A DNA stretch of 64,000 nucleotides from Callorhinchus milii (Eukaryota): the NCBI RefSeq assembly GCF_018977255.1, contig NW_024704743.1, positions 5,086,001 through 5,150,000 on the forward strand. The letters are read 5' to 3'. Positions 61,060 through 64,000 of the stretch are shown piece by piece. Under the pieces are notes generated by a model. That model had not been told where the DNA came from and did no database searches. It saw nothing but the letters and a program-made list of their open reading frames with translations. Made by a program: the position numbers and the translations under genes. Position 1 is the first letter of the stretch. Each line of letters begins with the position of its first letter.

Positions 61060-61560
61060 AATCATTCAAAACTCTGCCGCCCGCATTCCCATCCGCATGA
61101 AACTCCGCTCCCCGACCACCCCAGTCCTCGCCAGACTGCACTAGCTGCCTATCCCGGAGAGGATCGATTTCAAGATCCTCACCCTTGTATTCAAGCCCCT
61201 GCACTCCTCTGCACCCCCCTACCTTTCTGACCTCCTCCCTCTTCAAAACAGTGCCCGTTGCCTCCATTCCTCCAGGTCTGGCCTCCTCCTTGTCCCCCGA
61301 GTCCTCCGCTCCACCCTCGGCAGCCGTGCCTTCAGCCACTATGCCCCGAGGCTCTGGAACTGCCTTCCTGACTCCCTTAGTCTCGCTCCCTCCCTTTCTA
61401 TTATCAGGTCTCTGCTGAAGACCTTTCTTTTCGACCGCACCTTTGGTCACCTTCCCCCCCCCTCCCCCTGGCTCGGTCCTGGGATCCGTTACTGTGAAGC
61501 GCTCTGAGACGCCGTCCGGCGTGGAGGGCGCTATATAAATCCAAGTTGTTGTTGTTGTTG
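61060..61560 (+). mobile_element. L2 3' fragment nested in a SINE tail
   Basis: IQNSAAR..RIDFKIL remnant, (GTT)n tail. The SINE tail resumes after 61560. Confidence 0.8.
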
Positions 61561-62299
61561 AAGGGCTGTGAAGAGACATCTTGAAGGCATGATAAGGCAC
61601 TATATCAAATGCATGGATTATTATGATTATTATTTTCCCCCATTTTTTACATTTTTTTTCACACTCCATTCTTTGTGTGTTTTTTCTCAGCAATTAATTT
61701 TTCGTTTTTTGGGGGTATTTTTTCACAGCGTATTTTCGCATTTGTCTCAGTTTTTTTTTGCATCTTTCCTTTTAAAACAATTTTAGCGAAAGAGAGATTG
61801 AGAGGGAGAAAGAGCGTGTGAGTGTGAGGAAGAACGTGAGAGAAAGTGTGAGAGAGTGAGTGTGTATGAAAGAATATGAGAGCACAAAACTGCGTACCCT
61901 AATCACTCCACTCCAGTCCTTGCCAATCTCCACTGGTTCCCAATTACCAAACAGATCAATTTCAAGCTCCTCTCACTCTGCCTCTCTGTGTCTCTCTCTT
62001 CCTCTCATCTCTTTTTTTCTCCTCTCTCTGTATAAATATTTCTTACTCTCCCTCTTTCTCCGCTTTTTCCTCCTACCTCTTCTTCCCGCTTCTCGCTCCA
62101 TCCTCTCTCTATATATTTCTTCCTCTCTGCTCTCTCTTTTCCTTCTCCTCTCGTTCAGCTCATCTTTCATCTAAGTATATCTCTTGCTCTTTCTCCTCCT
62201 CCTCCTTTTTTTTTTCCTATTTTTCCTCCTCTTTTTCTCCTCCTTCCTTTCTCTCCTCTATTCCACACTCTCCCTCACTCTTCCTCTCTTTTTGTTTTG

Positions 62300-62905
62300 C
62301 TTAACCGGGTGACTGAAACATGCGGCGACCCGTCGTCACGCTCAAGAACCTCCAAACCAAACAGATCCGTGTGCAGCCCACCTACACATGGAAATTCCCA
62401 TTGCAGATCGTTTGGAAGTCGCACTCTCACTTTCCCTGGAGGGACGCATCACGCTTACCTCATTCCGGAGAGCATCAGGTACAGGATGCTTAAGAGCCGA
62501 GGCTTGCTGAGCTCAGAGTGTGTGCGTTGGGGTGACTGCTGGAGTCTAACCAGCTAAAACCACGCAGCTCGCCATCGAGAGCGCTGTCCTGGCAATCTTT
62601 CCCACTGCTTCTCCAGCTGGGACCACCCAACCCATTTGAGGCTTTGGCTTGCGGGGTTAACGGGAGCTGAGCGGATTGACTCCCTGCCGCCAGCGATTGG
62701 TCTGCCCTTCCGGTTCCTGCCGGTGAGCCAAGCCGGGCTGTGCTGTTAGCGGATACTGCGGACCCGCCTGCCTCAGGTGCCCAATGACTGGAGACCGTCA
62801 CCGAGGGCCGGCTGAGTCCCGACCCAACTGTCCAGCGCCTCGCGACGTCCTCCCGACGTGAAGGGCGCTCTACAAATGCAAACTTGTTGTTGTTGTTGTT
62901 GTTGA
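62300..62905 (+). repeat. Unidentified dispersed repeat followed by an L2-type tail
   Basis: Homologous segments at about 4900-5130, 18495-18550, 37580-37720 and 42945-43360. Confidence 0.65.
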
Positions 62906-62978
62906 CAGTCCGTTGCCAAACATGTCACCTTGGAGCCGGTTCAGCTTCAGGGAGAACCCGCTTACACCCCACCCCAGG

Positions 62979-63014
<36 letters not shown>

Positions 63015-63384
63015 TAAAAAAGTAATAATAATCCTTGCATTTGATGTAGCGCCTCATTCAGTTGCTGAGTCGTCTCGAAGCGCTTCACAGAATATACTGC
63101 GAAGTGTAGCGACTGCGTATTTTGTGGGCGAAACGCCACAGCCAATTGGGGGGGGGGTGGCGGCGGGGCGGAGGGGGGGGGGTGGCGGGGCGGGGGGGGT
63201 GGGGTGTGGGCGAGAGCTCCACATTGTCAGAGACACCGTCCTTCGGGTGAGACCATAAAATCTCACTCCCCGTCCGTGCCCCGTTCGGGGCGGACATTAA
63301 AGATCTCGCTCAGCGTTGTCGGTGATGGGGGGGGGGGAGCGGTGTGGGGGGTGGGGGGGGGTGTCTTGGGCTGATAATCTGCCA

Positions 63385-63520
63385 CTTATCTCTCTCCCAC
63401 TCACCCCTCTCCTCTCTCCCTTTCTCATTACCCCACTCCCCCCCCCTCCCCTCACTCCCTCCCCCATCTCCCTCACTCTCTCTCTCTCTCTCCTCCCACT
63501 GGTTCTCTCTCCTGATACTG

Positions 63521-63554
<34 letters not shown>

Positions 63555-63752
63555 CCTCTCACTATCTTTCTCTCCTTCAAACCGTCTCTCACTATCTTTC
63601 TCTCCCTCACCCTGTCTCGTTCTCTCTCTCTCTCCCTCTCTCCTCTCTCACAATCTCTCTCTCTCTCCTCTCTCACAATCTCTCTCTCTCTCCCCTCTGA
63701 CACACTCTCTCTCTCTCTCTCCCCTCTCACTCTCTCTCTCTCTCTCTCTCAC
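63385..63752. repeat. (CT)n-rich low-complexity tract
   Basis: Visible dinucleotide / polypyrimidine tract. Confidence 0.9.
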
Positions 63753-63894
63753 AGGTGACGGTTTAAACTGTTGGTCGAAGAGGGGGAGAAAAAGCGCGGG
63801 AAAAGCGCCAACCGTCGCTCGCTCTCTCCTCGCGCTCCCTGTCCTGTCCTGTCCTGGTGCTGCCGTGTTCCTGCCCTCCCCAGAGCCGTGACTG

Positions 63895-64000
63895 CTCCCC
63901 CCCTCACACTCTCCCTCACACTCCCCTCACACTCTCCCTCACACTCCCCCCCCCCCCTCACACTCTCCTCACACTCCCCTCCCCCCCTCACACTCTCCCT
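63895..64000. repeat. Minisatellite, unit about ccctcacactc(t)
   Basis: Repeated cctcacactc units running to the window end. Confidence 0.8.

Noticed and set aside
63310..63991. Leu/Ser- and Arg/Glu-rich ORFs
   Set aside because: Translations of (CT)n and minisatellite sequence.

Overview
Repeat-rich vertebrate genomic DNA. The repeat landscape (tRNA-derived SINEs with (ATT)n/(GTT)n tails, Deu-domain SINEs, L2 and CR1 LINEs) resembles cartilaginous fish, probably a chimaera such as Callorhinchus; this species assignment is inference. The window holds one protein-coding gene, DYNC2I1/WDR60 (dynein-2 intermediate chain 1), on the minus strand. Its ATG is at 59431, its stop at 22816, and I could trace 22 GT-AG coding exons plus one possible micro-exon (about 1063 aa if intact). 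As written, exon 3 has a reading-frame break around a (GA)n run. The gene has a CpG-island promoter with RFX X-box, NRF1 and YY1 motifs and a short uORF. Repeat copies inside the CpG-rich zones show one-directional AT-to-GC substitutions, suggesting GC-biased gene conversion. Other notable items are a TIR/TSD-bounded hAT element with a transposase remnant, nested insertions, inverted SINE pairs, a modular SINE system sharing one L2-type tail, and a dispersed repeat family I cannot name. No prokaryotic-type systems such as CRISPR were seen. Repeat boundaries are approximate and the repeat list is not exhaustive.
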